Source: an uncultured Gammaproteobacteria bacterium (GTDB lineage: Bacteria > Pseudomonadota > Gammaproteobacteria > Magnimaribacterales > D2472). From it: a stretch of 64,000 bases of DNA. The stretch is from contig CAZFYG010000005.1 in NCBI GenBank assembly GCA_964523375.1, positions 9,372 through 73,371 of the forward strand, given 5' to 3'. A program made the position numbers and the translations under genes. The first letter of the stretch is position 1. Each line of letters opens with the position of its first letter. The notes under the pieces are model-generated. The model saw nothing but the letters and a program-made list of their open reading frames with translations. It did not search any database and was not told where the DNA came from. Shown here piece after piece: positions 18,280 to 36,420 of this stretch.

Positions 18280-19154
18280 ATGCCCGACAAAGAAAATCTT
18301 TTAGAAAATTGCTTAGGGCTATTTGAGCTGAACAGAGTTGATAGAGATATTTATACCTGGACTGGCAAAAACGTTGGGTGGGCAAGAATTTTTGGAGGCC
18401 AAGTGATGGCTCAAACTTTGGTTGCAGCCTACAAAACTGTTAACAAAGATCATTTTGCACATTCATTTCACTCTTATTTTTTAAGACCTGGTCAAATGGA
18501 TAAACCTATTACATTTACTGTCGATAGAATACGAGATGGAAAGAGCTTTACCACCAGAACGGTAAAAGCTATACAAGATGGAGAGGCTATTTTTAGTTGT
18601 TCTGTTTCATTTCAAAAGAATGAGGATGGCCTAGAGCATCAAATTGAAATGTCAGATTTTCCCTTGCCAGATGGTTTGAAAAACGAACATGAAATTAGAA
18701 AAGCAATGGCTAATGATATTGATCCTAAAATAGCACCTTTATTTTTGAGAAAGCGCGAGGTTGAGATGAGACCAATTGAAGTTCAGGATTATGCTAATCC
18801 ACAAAAAACACCTCCTTATAAGAATACGTGGATTAGACCCGAAGGAAATCTTCCTGATAATGAAATAATACAACAAGCTTTTTTATTATATATTTCTGAT
18901 ATGGGGCTTTTAGCTGCAGCAAATAATCCTCATGGGGTTAATTTTTTGAATGATAATTTACAAGTTGCCAGTCTTGATCATGCAATGTGGTTTCACAGAA
19001 AATTGGATCTTAATGACTGGGTTTTGTACTCAATAGACAGTCCTATATCTGGAAATGCTAGAGGTTATGCAAGAGGAGCAATATACACACAGGCTGGTGT
19101 TTTACTTGCATCTTGTGCTCAAGAGGGATTAATTAGGCAGTGGCCAAGTAAGTC

Positions 19155-19158
<4 letters not shown>
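18280..19158 (+). CDS. tesB: Acyl-CoA thioesterase II
   Basis: 292 aa double hot-dog protein. Motifs are FGGQVMAQTL, RDGKSFTTR and LDHAMWFHR. Confidence 0.88.
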
Positions 19159-26359
<7,201 letters not shown>

Positions 26360-26363
<4 letters not shown>

Positions 26364-27436
26364 TTTAATTTGAATGCTTTTGAAAAGTTAGAGGGATTAA
26401 ACTTATCGGTCTTATAACCAGTTAAGTCCTTGTTTAATAAGATTAAATTCAATTTTCCGCCACTAACTTTTTTGTCATTCATTAGGTAGCGTCGAAGCTC
26501 GGCATATTTAAACTTTTGGAAATTAGTATCAAGGTTTAAAGAGTTTAGAATCTCATCCATTTCAATGTAATTATCTTTTTCAATCAACCCTTCCAAAAAA
26601 GAAATTCTAGCGATTATTTGCATCCCGTATATTACAGCTTGACCATGAGATATATTTCTATACCCACATTTTGCTTCAATAGCATGCCCAAATGTATGGC
26701 CTAAATTAAGAATTGCTCTAATACCATTTTCCTTTTCATCCCCAGTAACTATCTTAGATTTAGTTTTTATTGATTCAACTATAAGTTCTTCCATTAACCT
26801 CGGCTCTCTTTTGGTGACTTTGGTTGGATTATTTTTTAAGATACTTTTTATTTTTTTATTTCCTAAATAGCTATATTTTACAATTTCACCTAACCCAGAA
26901 TTAAATTCATCATCATTTAAGGTTTTTAAGAATGAAGTGCTAACGAGCACTAATTTTGGATTATAAAATGCGCCTACCAAATTCTTACCTTGCTCAATAT
27001 TAATTGCTGTTTTGCCCCCAACTGAAGAGTCAACCTGAGCCAAAAGGCTTGTAGGTATCTGAATAAAACCAATGCCTCTTAAATAAGTTGAGGCACTAAA
27101 ACCTGTTATGTCTCCAACCATCCCACCACCAAGAGCAATAAGGAGATCAGATCTATCAAATTTTTGTATTGCAAGCTTCTCTATAATTTTTACATATTCT
27201 GTAAACGACTTAGATGTTTCACCCATTGGTATTTTATGAACGTAAATCTTGATGTCTTTACTAAGCTTATCTTTTAAATTTTTTAGATAGGATTTTGGTA
27301 TGCCAGCATCTGTAATTATAAGAATTTTCTTTGAAGACCTGGTAACTGCTTTAAGGTTAGATTTGGTTAGTGAGTTAGAAGATACAATAACCTCATATCT
27401 AGAGCTACCTTTGCCAACATGAATAATTTTAGCCAT
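26360..27436 (-). CDS. aroB: 3-dehydroquinate synthase
   Basis: Motifs are GGGMVGDITGF, VDSSVGGKTAIN and LNLGHTFGHA. Confidence 0.93.
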
Positions 27437-27962
27437 AATTTTTAACGAGCTTTATAATCTCTGAGGCCACTTCTTGGCTAGAGAGGTTCTCAGTATTAAC
27501 AACGTAATCTGCAACTTCCTCATAAAGAGAAACTCTTTCATCATGAAGCTTCTCAAGAATCTTTCCAGGATCACCATCTTTTAAAAGTGGCCTGTCTTTA
27601 TCTTTAGAAGTTCTTTCTAGTTGGACATTAATTGGGGTAGCTAAATAAAAGACAGTACCCCTTGATGACAAGATATCCCTATTTGTGTCTGAAAGAATAA
27701 TTCCACCACCTGTAGACAATACTATTGAGTTAAGTTCAGCAAGTTCTGCAAGAATACCGCTTTCTCTTTTGCGAAAACCTTCTTCACCCTCAAGATCAAA
27801 AATCCAGTCTATGGAAGCTCCTGTTCTTGATTCAATTTCAGCATCTGTATCATAAAAAGTGAGAAATAATTCACTTGATATAATCTTGCCTACTGTTGAT
27901 TTTCCAGATCCCATCGGACCAACTATAAAAATATTCATGATTGATTTTTGTTTAATGTACAC
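27429..27962 (-). CDS. aroK: Shikimate kinase
   Basis: NIFIVGPMGSGKST P-loop. GGG motif in LSTGGGII. The start may instead be the ATG at 27938. Confidence 0.9.
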   Translation of the reverse strand: MYIKQKSIMNIFIVGPMGSGKSTVGKIISSELFLTFYDTDAEIESRTGASIDWIFDLEGEEGFRKRESGILAELAELNSIVLSTGGGIILSDTNRDILSSRGTVFYLATPINVQLERTSKDKDRPLLKDGDPGKILEKLHDERVSLYEEVADYVVNTENLSSQEVASEIIKLVKNYG

Positions 27963-28043
27963 AATTTTAGCATCTTACTATCTAAAATAGATTTTTTTAG
28001 TGCTTAAAAGTTGTATTCTAGATAACTGGAATACAATCGGCTT

Positions 28044-30485
28044 ATGGTTAAATTAATTAAAATAATTTTCTATGCATCATTATTGGCGTGTGCCATAGCA
28101 ATGTCTAGTGTGATAGCAACTTATTTTTATCTTAAACCTAATTTGCCTGAAATTTCTTTGGTTGACGAATCTCAGCTACAGCTTCCATTAAAAATTTATA
28201 CCCAAGACAAGATGCTGATCGGAGAATATGGGGAAATAAAAAGAAGACCAGTTATATTTAATGAAATTCCCAATGATTTAAAAAATGCATTTTTAGCTGC
28301 AGAAGATGATAGGTTTTTTGAACACCAAGGTATAAGTTATACAGGAATTATTCGATCTTTCATTAGATGTATTGGCCCTAATGGGTGCCTTGGAGGAGGC
28401 GGAACTATATCAATGCAGGTGGTAAGGGGTTATGTATTAACAAGAGACCAGACGATAATAAGAAAATTAAAAGAGATATATCTTGCTTATGAGCTTGAGG
28501 GAAAGGCTTCAAAAGAAGAGATATTTGAGCTGTATGTTAATAGAATTTTTTTAGGTAATCGCTCCTATGGAATTCAAGCTGCATCAAATACTTACTTCAA
28601 TAAGTCTGTTGATCAATTAACCTTATCAGAATCTGCAACCATAGCTGCTTTAGCTCAACTTCCTTCAGTCATAAACCCAATTAAATCTCCACTTAGGACA
28701 AAACAAAGAAGAAATTGGATTTTATCAAGGATGCTAAAACTTAATTTAATATCTAAAAGTCAATATATTGAAGCCATAAGCGATGAAGTGAAAGTTGTAA
28801 AAAATATAGATTTATATGAAGTAGATGCAAAGTATCTAGCCGAGCTTGCAAGACAGGAGATTATTAAGAGGTTTGGTCTCAAGGCCTACAAAGAAGGATG
28901 GAATGTATACACAACAATTAACTCTTCTTATCAAACAGCAGCCAATAAAAGTGTCCAGAAACATCTTGCTGACTATGACAAACGTCACGGTTGGAGATTA
29001 GCAGATAATTATAAAAATATTTTTAGTAACCAGCAGATGGAATTTTTATCAAAAGGGTCATCAGGTTTTTTAAAAGAAGATATAGAGCAAGCATCATCTT
29101 TTAATAATAACAGCAACATCATTGGAAGCAGGGTTAGTGATGTATTTTCATCTTACCCATATTATGAATCTCATGTTAAAGGCATAGTTGCTGGGATATC
29201 TGACAATGAACTACTTTTTATTGATGAAAACTTAGATATTCAAACCATCAATTGGTCTTCGCGCTATAACTGGGCTAGGAAACAAATTAATATCAACACA
29301 AAAGACCGGCTCCCAAGCGGATTTGATGATTTTTTAAATTTTGGTGATTTTATTTATTTAATTAAGATTGGTGATTTATTATTTTTAGATCAATTGCCAA
29401 TAGCTGAATCTGCTTTGATATCTGCAGACCCAAATACAGGAGCAATTAGGGCTTACGTTGGAGGTTCAAATTTCGATAAGAGTAATTTTGATAGGGTGCG
29501 ACTCTCCTATCCTCAATCTGGCTCGAGTTTCAAACCTTTTATATATGCATCAGCCCTATCTAATGAATACAATCTCTCATCATTAATAAATGATGCCCCA
29601 ATTGCTTTCAAGGATGATAACCTTGAGAGCGTTTGGAGGCCGCAGAATTACACTGGTAAATTTTATGGTTTAACGCCTCTTCGAAGTGCTTTGATTAGGT
29701 CAATAAATATTGTTTCTATAAAATTGCTAAGAGAAGTAGGGATTCAAACTTCAAGCGATACTATAGAAAACTTTGGTTTTGAAAGAGAAAGGCTACCAAA
29801 AGATCTATCTCTGGCACTTGGTTCTGGTAACTTCTCTCCTGCTGAGATGGTTAGGGCTTTTGGTGTTATTGCTAGTGAAGGATATATCACAGACCCATAT
29901 TATATTGATAAAATTGAAGATAGATTTGGTAATATAATTTTTTCATCGCAGCAAACCTCCCAAGAAAGTAAAGATCTAATAGCTTTCCCATGGCTAAATA
30001 CATTAGAAATGGATATTAAAAAACCATACTACCTATTAAAGCCCATAAATAGATCAGACAAAGTTATTGATGAAAGAGTTGCTTATTTAATAAAAGACAC
30101 TCTTAAAGATTTTATGAAAAATGGTACAGCAGGGCGAAAGTCAGCATTTTTAAATCGAGATGATATTGGCGGCAAAACAGGAACTACCAATGATGCAATA
30201 AGCACTTGGTTCTCAGGCTTTCATGACGACTTAGTTACAACGGTTTGGGTGGGAACTGATGACTTCACATCCCTTGGAGAAAATGAGTACGGATCAACAA
30301 TTTCTATGCCTATATGGCTAGATTATATGTCTGTAGCATTGGATGATTTGCAGATAAGACCAATAACAATCCCCTCAAATTTGAGTTATGTAAAAGTAAA
30401 TAAGGCAACTGGAAAGGTTGATAAATCTCAGGAAGCAAAAAATACATATTTTGAGCTATTTTTAGATGAAAATATTAAAGACTAA
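28044..30485 (+). CDS. mrcA: Penicillin-binding protein 1A (bifunctional glycosyltransferase/transpeptidase)
   Basis: GT51 motifs are EDDRFFEHQG and RKLKEIYLAYELE. Transpeptidase motifs are SGSSFKP and KTGTTND. Confidence 0.93.
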   Translation: MVKLIKIIFYASLLACAIAMSSVIATYFYLKPNLPEISLVDESQLQLPLKIYTQDKMLIGEYGEIKRRPVIFNEIPNDLKNAFLAAEDDRFFEHQGISYTGIIRSFIRCIGPNGCLGGGGTISMQVVRGYVLTRDQTIIRKLKEIYLAYELEGKASKEEIFELYVNRIFLGNRSYGIQAASNTYFNKSVDQLTLSESATIAALAQLPSVINPIKSPLRTKQRRNWILSRMLKLNLISKSQYIEAISDEVKVVKNIDLYEVDAKYLAELARQEIIKRFGLKAYKEGWNVYTTINSSYQTAANKSVQKHLADYDKRHGWRLADNYKNIFSNQQMEFLSKGSSGFLKEDIEQASSFNNNSNIIGSRVSDVFSSYPYYESHVKGIVAGISDNELLFIDENLDIQTINWSSRYNWARKQININTKDRLPSGFDDFLNFGDFIYLIKIGDLLFLDQLPIAESALISADPNTGAIRAYVGGSNFDKSNFDRVRLSYPQSGSSFKPFIYASALSNEYNLSSLINDAPIAFKDDNLESVWRPQNYTGKFYGLTPLRSALIRSINIVSIKLLREVGIQTSSDTIENFGFERERLPKDLSLALGSGNFSPAEMVRAFGVIASEGYITDPYYIDKIEDRFGNIIFSSQQTSQESKDLIAFPWLNTLEMDIKKPYYLLKPINRSDKVIDERVAYLIKDTLKDFMKNGTAGRKSAFLNRDDIGGKTGTTNDAISTWFSGFHDDLVTTVWVGTDDFTSLGENEYGSTISMPIWLDYMSVALDDLQIRPITIPSNLSYVKVNKATGKVDKSQEAKNTYFELFLDENIKD

Positions 30486-31051
30486 GATTTAAATAGATTT
30501 ACAGACAAAAGGTCCCAGGCATTATCAATATAGTTGCTTGGAGAATCTTTAAACTTTGATCTAATGTATCTTGAAACATTCCCTTCCAAGTAAGTTGTAA
30601 TTAATTGAGCTGATATGCCTGGTTGAGATATCAGCCCATCAATATCTTCTGCAAGAATTTGTTTGATAGTTAATTCAAATCTTTCGTAAAATTGATTAAC
30701 AGAGTCAGAAACATTTTTCTCGGATGGAGACAGCGCTTCCCTCGAAAGAAGCCTTGCAAAACCTTTATTTTTTTCAACAAAAAGCATAAAAAATTTAAAT
30801 ATATTCATTACTTTGTCTTTTGAACTTAAATCAGATTTTTTCAATTCAGAGCTCTTTAAAAATATAGCCTCATCACAATATGAAAAAAGCTCTGCATATA
30901 TAGATCTCTTGCTTGGAAAATGTCTATATAAAGCTGCTTCAGTAATATTAGATTTTTTAGCCAAAAGAGCTGTAGTGATTTTTGTAGATGAGGCCTCCTC
31001 AAGAAGCCCTGCTAGTGATTGCAAAATAATGTTTTTGCGATTTTTATCCAT
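30482..31051 (-). CDS. slmA: Nucleoid occlusion factor SlmA (TetR family)
   Basis: [12 protein letters not shown]...[28 protein letters not shown] closely parallels E. coli SlmA ([40 protein letters not shown]). Confidence 0.8.
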   Translation of the reverse strand: [189 protein letters not shown]

Positions 31052-31052
31052 G

Positions 31053-32429
31053 CTAGGTTAAATTTATAACAATATCAGGCGAAATGCGAGAAAGCTCAGA
31101 AAGAAATTCGCTTTGTATGTTGTTCATATCTTCAATAGTGTTTCCTTCAAATCTTAATACTAGCTTGGGTGAGGTATTGGATGCCCTTATTAAACCCCAG
31201 CCATTTTTATAATTTACTCTTAGTCCATCAATAGTAATTTCTTCGCCTTGAAGGTTATTTTCACTAATAAATTTTTCAACAATTTGAAATTTATTCTCAT
31301 CAGTAACATCAATATTTAACTCAGGAGTTGAAAAGGATTCTGGATAAGTCTTCATAATATCCGATATACTTTTATTGCCTTGATATTCTGACAAAGCTTC
31401 AATAATTCTTGCACCTGAGTATGGGCCGTCATCAAAACCATACCACTTGTCATTAAAAAAAATATGCCCACTCATCTCACCACCAAGTAGAGCATTATTT
31501 TCTTTGATCGCCCTTTTAATATGAAAATGTCCTGTTGGAGCCATCACAGGAACCCCATTATTTTTAGCAATTAATTCATCAAGGTGGTTAGAGCATTTAA
31601 CATCAAAAACTATTGGCCCAGGTTGTTGAGATAAAATATTTTCAGATAACATCATCATATATTTATCTGGAAATATATTTTCTCCAGTATTGGTTATTAA
31701 ACCAACCCTATCGCCATCACCGTCAAAAGCAAGACCTAAATCAGCATTATTATTTTTTACACTTTTAATTAAATCTTCCATATTTTCTAATTTACTTGGA
31801 TCTGGATGGTGATTCGGAAAATTACCATCAACCTCGCTAAATAGCTCTATTACTTCACAACCTACTTTTTTGAAAAGTTCAGGAGCTATACAACCAGCAG
31901 CTCCATTTCCACAGTCAATAACAACTTTATATTTTTCAGGGTTTAAAATAGAAATTGATTCAGTAACTTTTCTTAAATACTCTTCTTTAATATCTTTGAA
32001 TTGCAAAGTTCCTCTTCTAAACGTTTCACTCTTCATACCCTCAATTAATGCTAGAACTTCTGTTCCAGAAACTGGTTTATCATCAATCACCATCTTAAGT
32101 CCGTTATGATTTTTAGGGTTGTGACTTCCAGTTATAATAATTCCACTTTTGGAGTCATTGATTTTAGCTTCAAAGTAAAGCATTGGACTTGTAACCAAGC
32201 CTACATTTGTTACATTGATTCCCGAGTTGACCAAGCTATCACAGAAAGCATCTAGCAGGGACTCTCCTGAAAGCCTTCCATCTCTTCCAACTGATATGGC
32301 ATCTATATTCTCTTTCCTGCATTTAGCAGCAATTGCTTTACCAATTTCACCAATAGTGTATTCATTTAATTGCTCGGGGTACGTTCCCCTTATGTCATTT
32401 TCTCTAAATATTGATTTGGTTACTTCCAT
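31053..32429 (-). CDS. algC: Phosphomannomutase/phosphoglucomutase
   Basis: Active-site motif TGSHNPKNHNG, Mg site FDGDGDR, and GEMSGH. Confidence 0.88.
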   Translation of the reverse strand: MEVTKSIFRENDIRGTYPEQLNEYTIGEIGKAIAAKCRKENIDAISVGRDGRLSGESLLDAFCDSLVNSGINVTNVGLVTSPMLYFEAKINDSKSGIIITGSHNPKNHNGLKMVIDDKPVSGTEVLALIEGMKSETFRRGTLQFKDIKEEYLRKVTESISILNPEKYKVVIDCGNGAAGCIAPELFKKVGCEVIELFSEVDGNFPNHHPDPSKLENMEDLIKSVKNNNADLGLAFDGDGDRVGLITNTGENIFPDKYMMMLSENILSQQPGPIVFDVKCSNHLDELIAKNNGVPVMAPTGHFHIKRAIKENNALLGGEMSGHIFFNDKWYGFDDGPYSGARIIEALSEYQGNKSISDIMKTYPESFSTPELNIDVTDENKFQIVEKFISENNLQGEEITIDGLRVNYKNGWGLIRASNTSPKLVLRFEGNTIEDMNNIQSEFLSELSRISPDIVINLT

Positions 32430-32492
32430 TTTTTTCTTTTGTTATAAGTAGTTGTTTGTCATAATATCTTCGTAAATTATAACCTCACGCAT

Positions 32493-33428
32493 ATGTTTAA
32501 CAACACCGAAAATAAATCAATTTGGAACAATGGGAAATTTGTTAAATGGGATGAAAGCTTAGTCCATTTAATGTCTCATACCTTAAATTACGGTACCGGT
32601 GCTTTTGAAGGCGTAAGAGCATATAAAACAAGTAATGGACCGGCTATTTTCAGATTAAATGATCATACCGATAGGCTTTTTAATACAGCCAAGAAAATTG
32701 ATATTGATATTCCGTTTTCCAAAGAAGCTCTAAACAATGTGCAAAAAGAAATTTTTATTAAAAATAATTTAGACGAGGGATATATCAGACCAATTGTATA
32801 TCTTGGAGCAGAATCCTTAGGAATTAGAGCTTTTGATTTGTCTGTAAACGTTGCAGTAGCAGCTTGGGAGTGGCCATCATATATGGATCCAGAAGCTAAA
32901 GAGAAGGGAGTTTCAATAATAAAATCATCACATGAGCAATATTCAAATCCTCTTCATTCTGGAAATAAAATAATTGGCACTTACATCAACTCAACTATGG
33001 CGCTTCATGAGGCGTTAAAAAAAGGCGCAGACGAGGCTGTGTTGATGGATAAGAATGGCTATATTTCTGAGGGTAGTGGAGAAAATATATTTATGGCTAA
33101 AGGAAACAAAATTTATACCCCAACTACAGACCATTGTCTGAATGGAATTACAAGGCAATCTGTTATATCTATTGCATCAGATGAAGGGCTTGAGGTTATT
33201 GAAAAAGATCTTACATATGAGGATCTAGCTAATTCTGATGAAGCATTTTTTACAGGAACAGCTGTAGAAATAACACCCGTAACAACACTTGATGCTAAAC
33301 CTATCGGTTCAGGTAAAAGAGGTGATATAACAAGAAAACTCCAAAGTATTTATTCCGATGCTATTTCCGGAAATTCTGATAAATATAGCTCGTGGTTGAC
33401 GTATGTTAATCCTCAAGCCAGTGACTAA
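32493..33428 (+). CDS. ilvE: Branched-chain amino acid aminotransferase
   Basis: 311 aa class IV aminotransferase. Motifs are GAFEGVRAY, EGSGENIF and GITR. Confidence 0.9.
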   Translation: MFNNTENKSIWNNGKFVKWDESLVHLMSHTLNYGTGAFEGVRAYKTSNGPAIFRLNDHTDRLFNTAKKIDIDIPFSKEALNNVQKEIFIKNNLDEGYIRPIVYLGAESLGIRAFDLSVNVAVAAWEWPSYMDPEAKEKGVSIIKSSHEQYSNPLHSGNKIIGTYINSTMALHEALKKGADEAVLMDKNGYISEGSGENIFMAKGNKIYTPTTDHCLNGITRQSVISIASDEGLEVIEKDLTYEDLANSDEAFFTGTAVEITPVTTLDAKPIGSGKRGDITRKLQSIYSDAISGNSDKYSSWLTYVNPQASD

Positions 33429-34671
33429 GTTAAAAATTGGAATTCTGAGCTACAGGTCTGCTCCATTTGGAGGCGGTCAAGGTATATATGTAAGAGATAT
33501 CTCACAAGCTCTTTCGTCTCTTGGGCACTCAGTTGATGTAATATCTGGAAATCCTTACCCCCAATTACCTCCTAATGTAAAACTTATCAAGCTGCCCGGA
33601 CTTAACCTCTTTGAAACTTTTAACTTTAAAGACAGGCTAAAGAAATTTTTAAATAACCGCAAAAGTTTTGCAAATACTCAGGAATTTATCTCTACTCTAT
33701 TTGGAGGATTCCCTGAAATGCGCTCTTTTGGAAAGAGAGTTGATAAGTTTTTACTTGATAACAATGAATACGATATTATTATTGATAATCAATCTCTTAG
33801 TTATGGAATCCTTAGTATTCAAAAACGATTTCCATTAATTGAAATAATACATCATCCAATTACTATGGATCTCAAGCATGATCTTGAAGCAAATAATAAA
33901 TTTTTATACCGGCTTTCAAGGAAAAGATGGTACTCATTTCTTAATATGCAAAAAAAAGTTGCCCCTAATATTAGAAAAATTATTACTCCATCTGCTAACT
34001 CTAAAGAAGATATAGTAAGAGATTTCAGATGCAATAAAGGCAATATATCTGTAATTCACAATGGGCTAGATACAAGTATATTCAAGCCACATGAAAATAT
34101 AAAAAGAGATAAATACAGATTAATTTCTACTGCCAGTGCAGATACTCCACTTAAAGGGTTGGACTATACACTTAGAGCCATTAGTGAACTGAAAAATGGC
34201 GGCATGGATATTAATTTGCTAGTCATTGGTAAAATGAAAAAAGATGGCCACACAGCAAGACTGATAAAGACATTAGGTATATCTGATAATGTGTCTTTTA
34301 AAACAAACTTAACAAAAGAGGAAATATCAATTGAGTATGCAAAAAGCTCCATAGCCATTGTAAGTTCTTTATATGAAGGGTTTGGTTATCCAGTCATAGA
34401 AGCAATGAGCTGCGCGATACCTTTAATTGCTGCAAAAACTTCTTCAATACCCGAGCTTGTTGGAGATCATGCCACTTTAATTGAGCCTAAAAATAGCGAT
34501 TCTCTTGCTGCTTGTGTTAAATATATCATAGGGCACTATGATGGATATGACTTAATAGCAAAGGAAGGACGAAAACATGTAATTCGTCATTTTAATTGGA
34601 GTAAAATTTCTAAAGAATACGAAGACATAATTATTGAAAATATTAGAGACTTTCATAATGCTGACATTTAA
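33403..34671 (+). CDS. Glycosyltransferase, GT4/GT1-like (GT-B fold)
   Basis: N-terminus carries FGGGQGIYV. The C-terminus carries SSLYEGFGYPVIEAMSCAIPLIA (E-x7-E motif). Confidence 0.85.
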   Translation: MLILKPVTKLKIGILSYRSAPFGGGQGIYVRDISQALSSLGHSVDVISGNPYPQLPPNVKLIKLPGLNLFETFNFKDRLKKFLNNRKSFANTQEFISTLFGGFPEMRSFGKRVDKFLLDNNEYDIIIDNQSLSYGILSIQKRFPLIEIIHHPITMDLKHDLEANNKFLYRLSRKRWYSFLNMQKKVAPNIRKIITPSANSKEDIVRDFRCNKGNISVIHNGLDTSIFKPHENIKRDKYRLISTASADTPLKGLDYTLRAISELKNGGMDINLLVIGKMKKDGHTARLIKTLGISDNVSFKTNLTKEEISIEYAKSSIAIVSSLYEGFGYPVIEAMSCAIPLIAAKTSSIPELVGDHATLIEPKNSDSLAACVKYIIGHYDGYDLIAKEGRKHVIRHFNWSKISKEYEDIIIENIRDFHNADI

Positions 34672-35368
34672 TTTTAATAAAATAACTTTACCCAAAAGCA
34701 ATAGCACTATGCTTGATATTGGCTGTGGTGAAGGGCGGCATGTTTTTGGAGTAATGCAAAATTTTAAAGATACTTTATGCATTGGCTTAGACATGGACGA
34801 CTCATCGATTGCTAAGGCTAGAGAGGGCTATGAGTTTTTTAAATCCATATCAAATCAAAGCGCTAGCTTTATAAAAGGATCAGCATACTCATTACCTATT
34901 CCATCAAACACTCTTGATCTTGTGATTTGCTCAGAAGTTTTAGAACATCTTGATGATTACCATCTTGCTTTAGAGGAAATTTACAGGGTCTTAAAGCCCG
35001 GAGGTAAGTTTCTTGCTAGTGTTCCATCCTATTGGCCTGAAAAAATTTGCTGGATGATATCGAATGAATATCAAAATATGCCAGGTGGCCATGTAAGAAT
35101 ATTTAAGAAAAAAGGTATTATTGATGATGTGCAAAAAATGGGATTCACCTTTCAAACATCCGAAAGATTCCACTCCATTCACAGCCCATACTGGTGGCTT
35201 AGATGCTTATTTTGGGATAATCAGGATAGTAATATTTTGATAAGAATTTATAAGAGAATTTTAGAAAAACATATCCTTGAAAATCCCTTCTATATTGATT
35301 TAGTTGATAAAGTCTTAAATCCTGTTCTTGGAAAAAGCTTAGCCTTGTATTTCGAAAAAAAAGTATGA
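34658..35368 (+). CDS. Class I SAM-dependent methyltransferase (type 11-like)
   Basis: MLDIGCGEGRH (motif I), DLVICSEVLEHL and VLKPGGKF. ATG 34658 overlaps the glycosyltransferase 3' end; the tracked ORF starts at TTG 34634. Confidence 0.8.
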   Translation: MLTFNFNKITLPKSNSTMLDIGCGEGRHVFGVMQNFKDTLCIGLDMDDSSIAKAREGYEFFKSISNQSASFIKGSAYSLPIPSNTLDLVICSEVLEHLDDYHLALEEIYRVLKPGGKFLASVPSYWPEKICWMISNEYQNMPGGHVRIFKKKGIIDDVQKMGFTFQTSERFHSIHSPYWWLRCLFWDNQDSNILIRIYKRILEKHILENPFYIDLVDKVLNPVLGKSLALYFEKKV

Positions 35369-36420
35369 AATATTATCCAGAAAAAAAACTGCATAATGTT
35401 GATGCTTTGGACAATAAATTAATTTTTAATATTATTGGGAATTATGTGCTTGAATCGCAGAATGACAATGGAACTATTCCATCAAATGCAGATGGTTCAT
35501 TTGATCCATGGGATTTTATAGAGTCAATTACTGCTATTAATTTTATAGGTGATATTGGCAATGCAGAGAAAGCTTTCTTGTGGCTAAAGGCAAATCAAAA
35601 TGATGATGGAAGTTGGTATGCAAAATATTCAAGTAATGGAGACATTCTTGAAAAAAATAAGCCTACTCACTTTTCACCTTATATTTCTATTGGTCTTTTG
35701 CATTACTATAAGATTTTTTTGAACAAAGAATTCTTAAAAAATTTATGGCCAACTGTTGAAAAAGCATTAAATTTCAGCCTGTCACTGCAAAATAAAAATG
35801 GAACTATACCTTGGTCTGTAGATCAAAATGGAAATATTGAAGACGATTATTTGTTAACTGGATCTAGTTCTATCCTTAAAGGAATTGAATGCGCAATGGC
35901 TATAAGCAAGATTCTTGGATTTAGTGATCAAGAGCAATGGAAACAATCATATGAATTTCTTTCAACAGCTATAAAAAACCCATCTGGTTTATTCGACCTT
36001 CAAAAAGATCGATCAAATTTTTCAATGGATTCATATTATCCAATACTGTCTGGTTGTCTATCTAATGATGAGATAGACAAACATATCACGCATACTCTAG
36101 TTAATTTTTATGATGAAGGGTTGGGGATAAGGTGTGTTCAAGAAGAGCCATGGGTAACAGTTGCTGAGACTAATGAATTTATTATTGCGCTTGTTATGGC
36201 AAATAATAAAAAGCTAGCCAAAAAAATACTCAATGAATCTCTAAGAATGTCTGATGATAAAAATATTCCATATATGGGGTGGCAGCATGTTCAAAATATT
36301 TTTTGGCCAGATGAAAGACCCACCTGGACCTCGGCTGCAGTTTTGCTTGCAGCTGATGCTATATTTGAGTTTACTAAAGGGTCTGATCTTTTTTTAAAAA
36401 ATCAATTAGACCTTTATTAA
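35365..36420 (+). CDS. Alpha/alpha-toroid protein (prenyltransferase/squalene-cyclase-repeat-like), function unknown
   Basis: Recurrent Q-N-x-(D/N)-G-(S/T)-(W/I) segments are present (QNDNGTIP, QNDDGSWY, QNKNGTIPW). No signal peptide. ATGA overlap with the upstream methyltransferase. Confidence 0.55.
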   Translation: MKYYPEKKLHNVDALDNKLIFNIIGNYVLESQNDNGTIPSNADGSFDPWDFIESITAINFIGDIGNAEKAFLWLKANQNDDGSWYAKYSSNGDILEKNKPTHFSPYISIGLLHYYKIFLNKEFLKNLWPTVEKALNFSLSLQNKNGTIPWSVDQNGNIEDDYLLTGSSSILKGIECAMAISKILGFSDQEQWKQSYEFLSTAIKNPSGLFDLQKDRSNFSMDSYYPILSGCLSNDEIDKHITHTLVNFYDEGLGIRCVQEEPWVTVAETNEFIIALVMANNKKLAKKILNESLRMSDDKNIPYMGWQHVQNIFWPDERPTWTSAAVLLAADAIFEFTKGSDLFLKNQLDLY

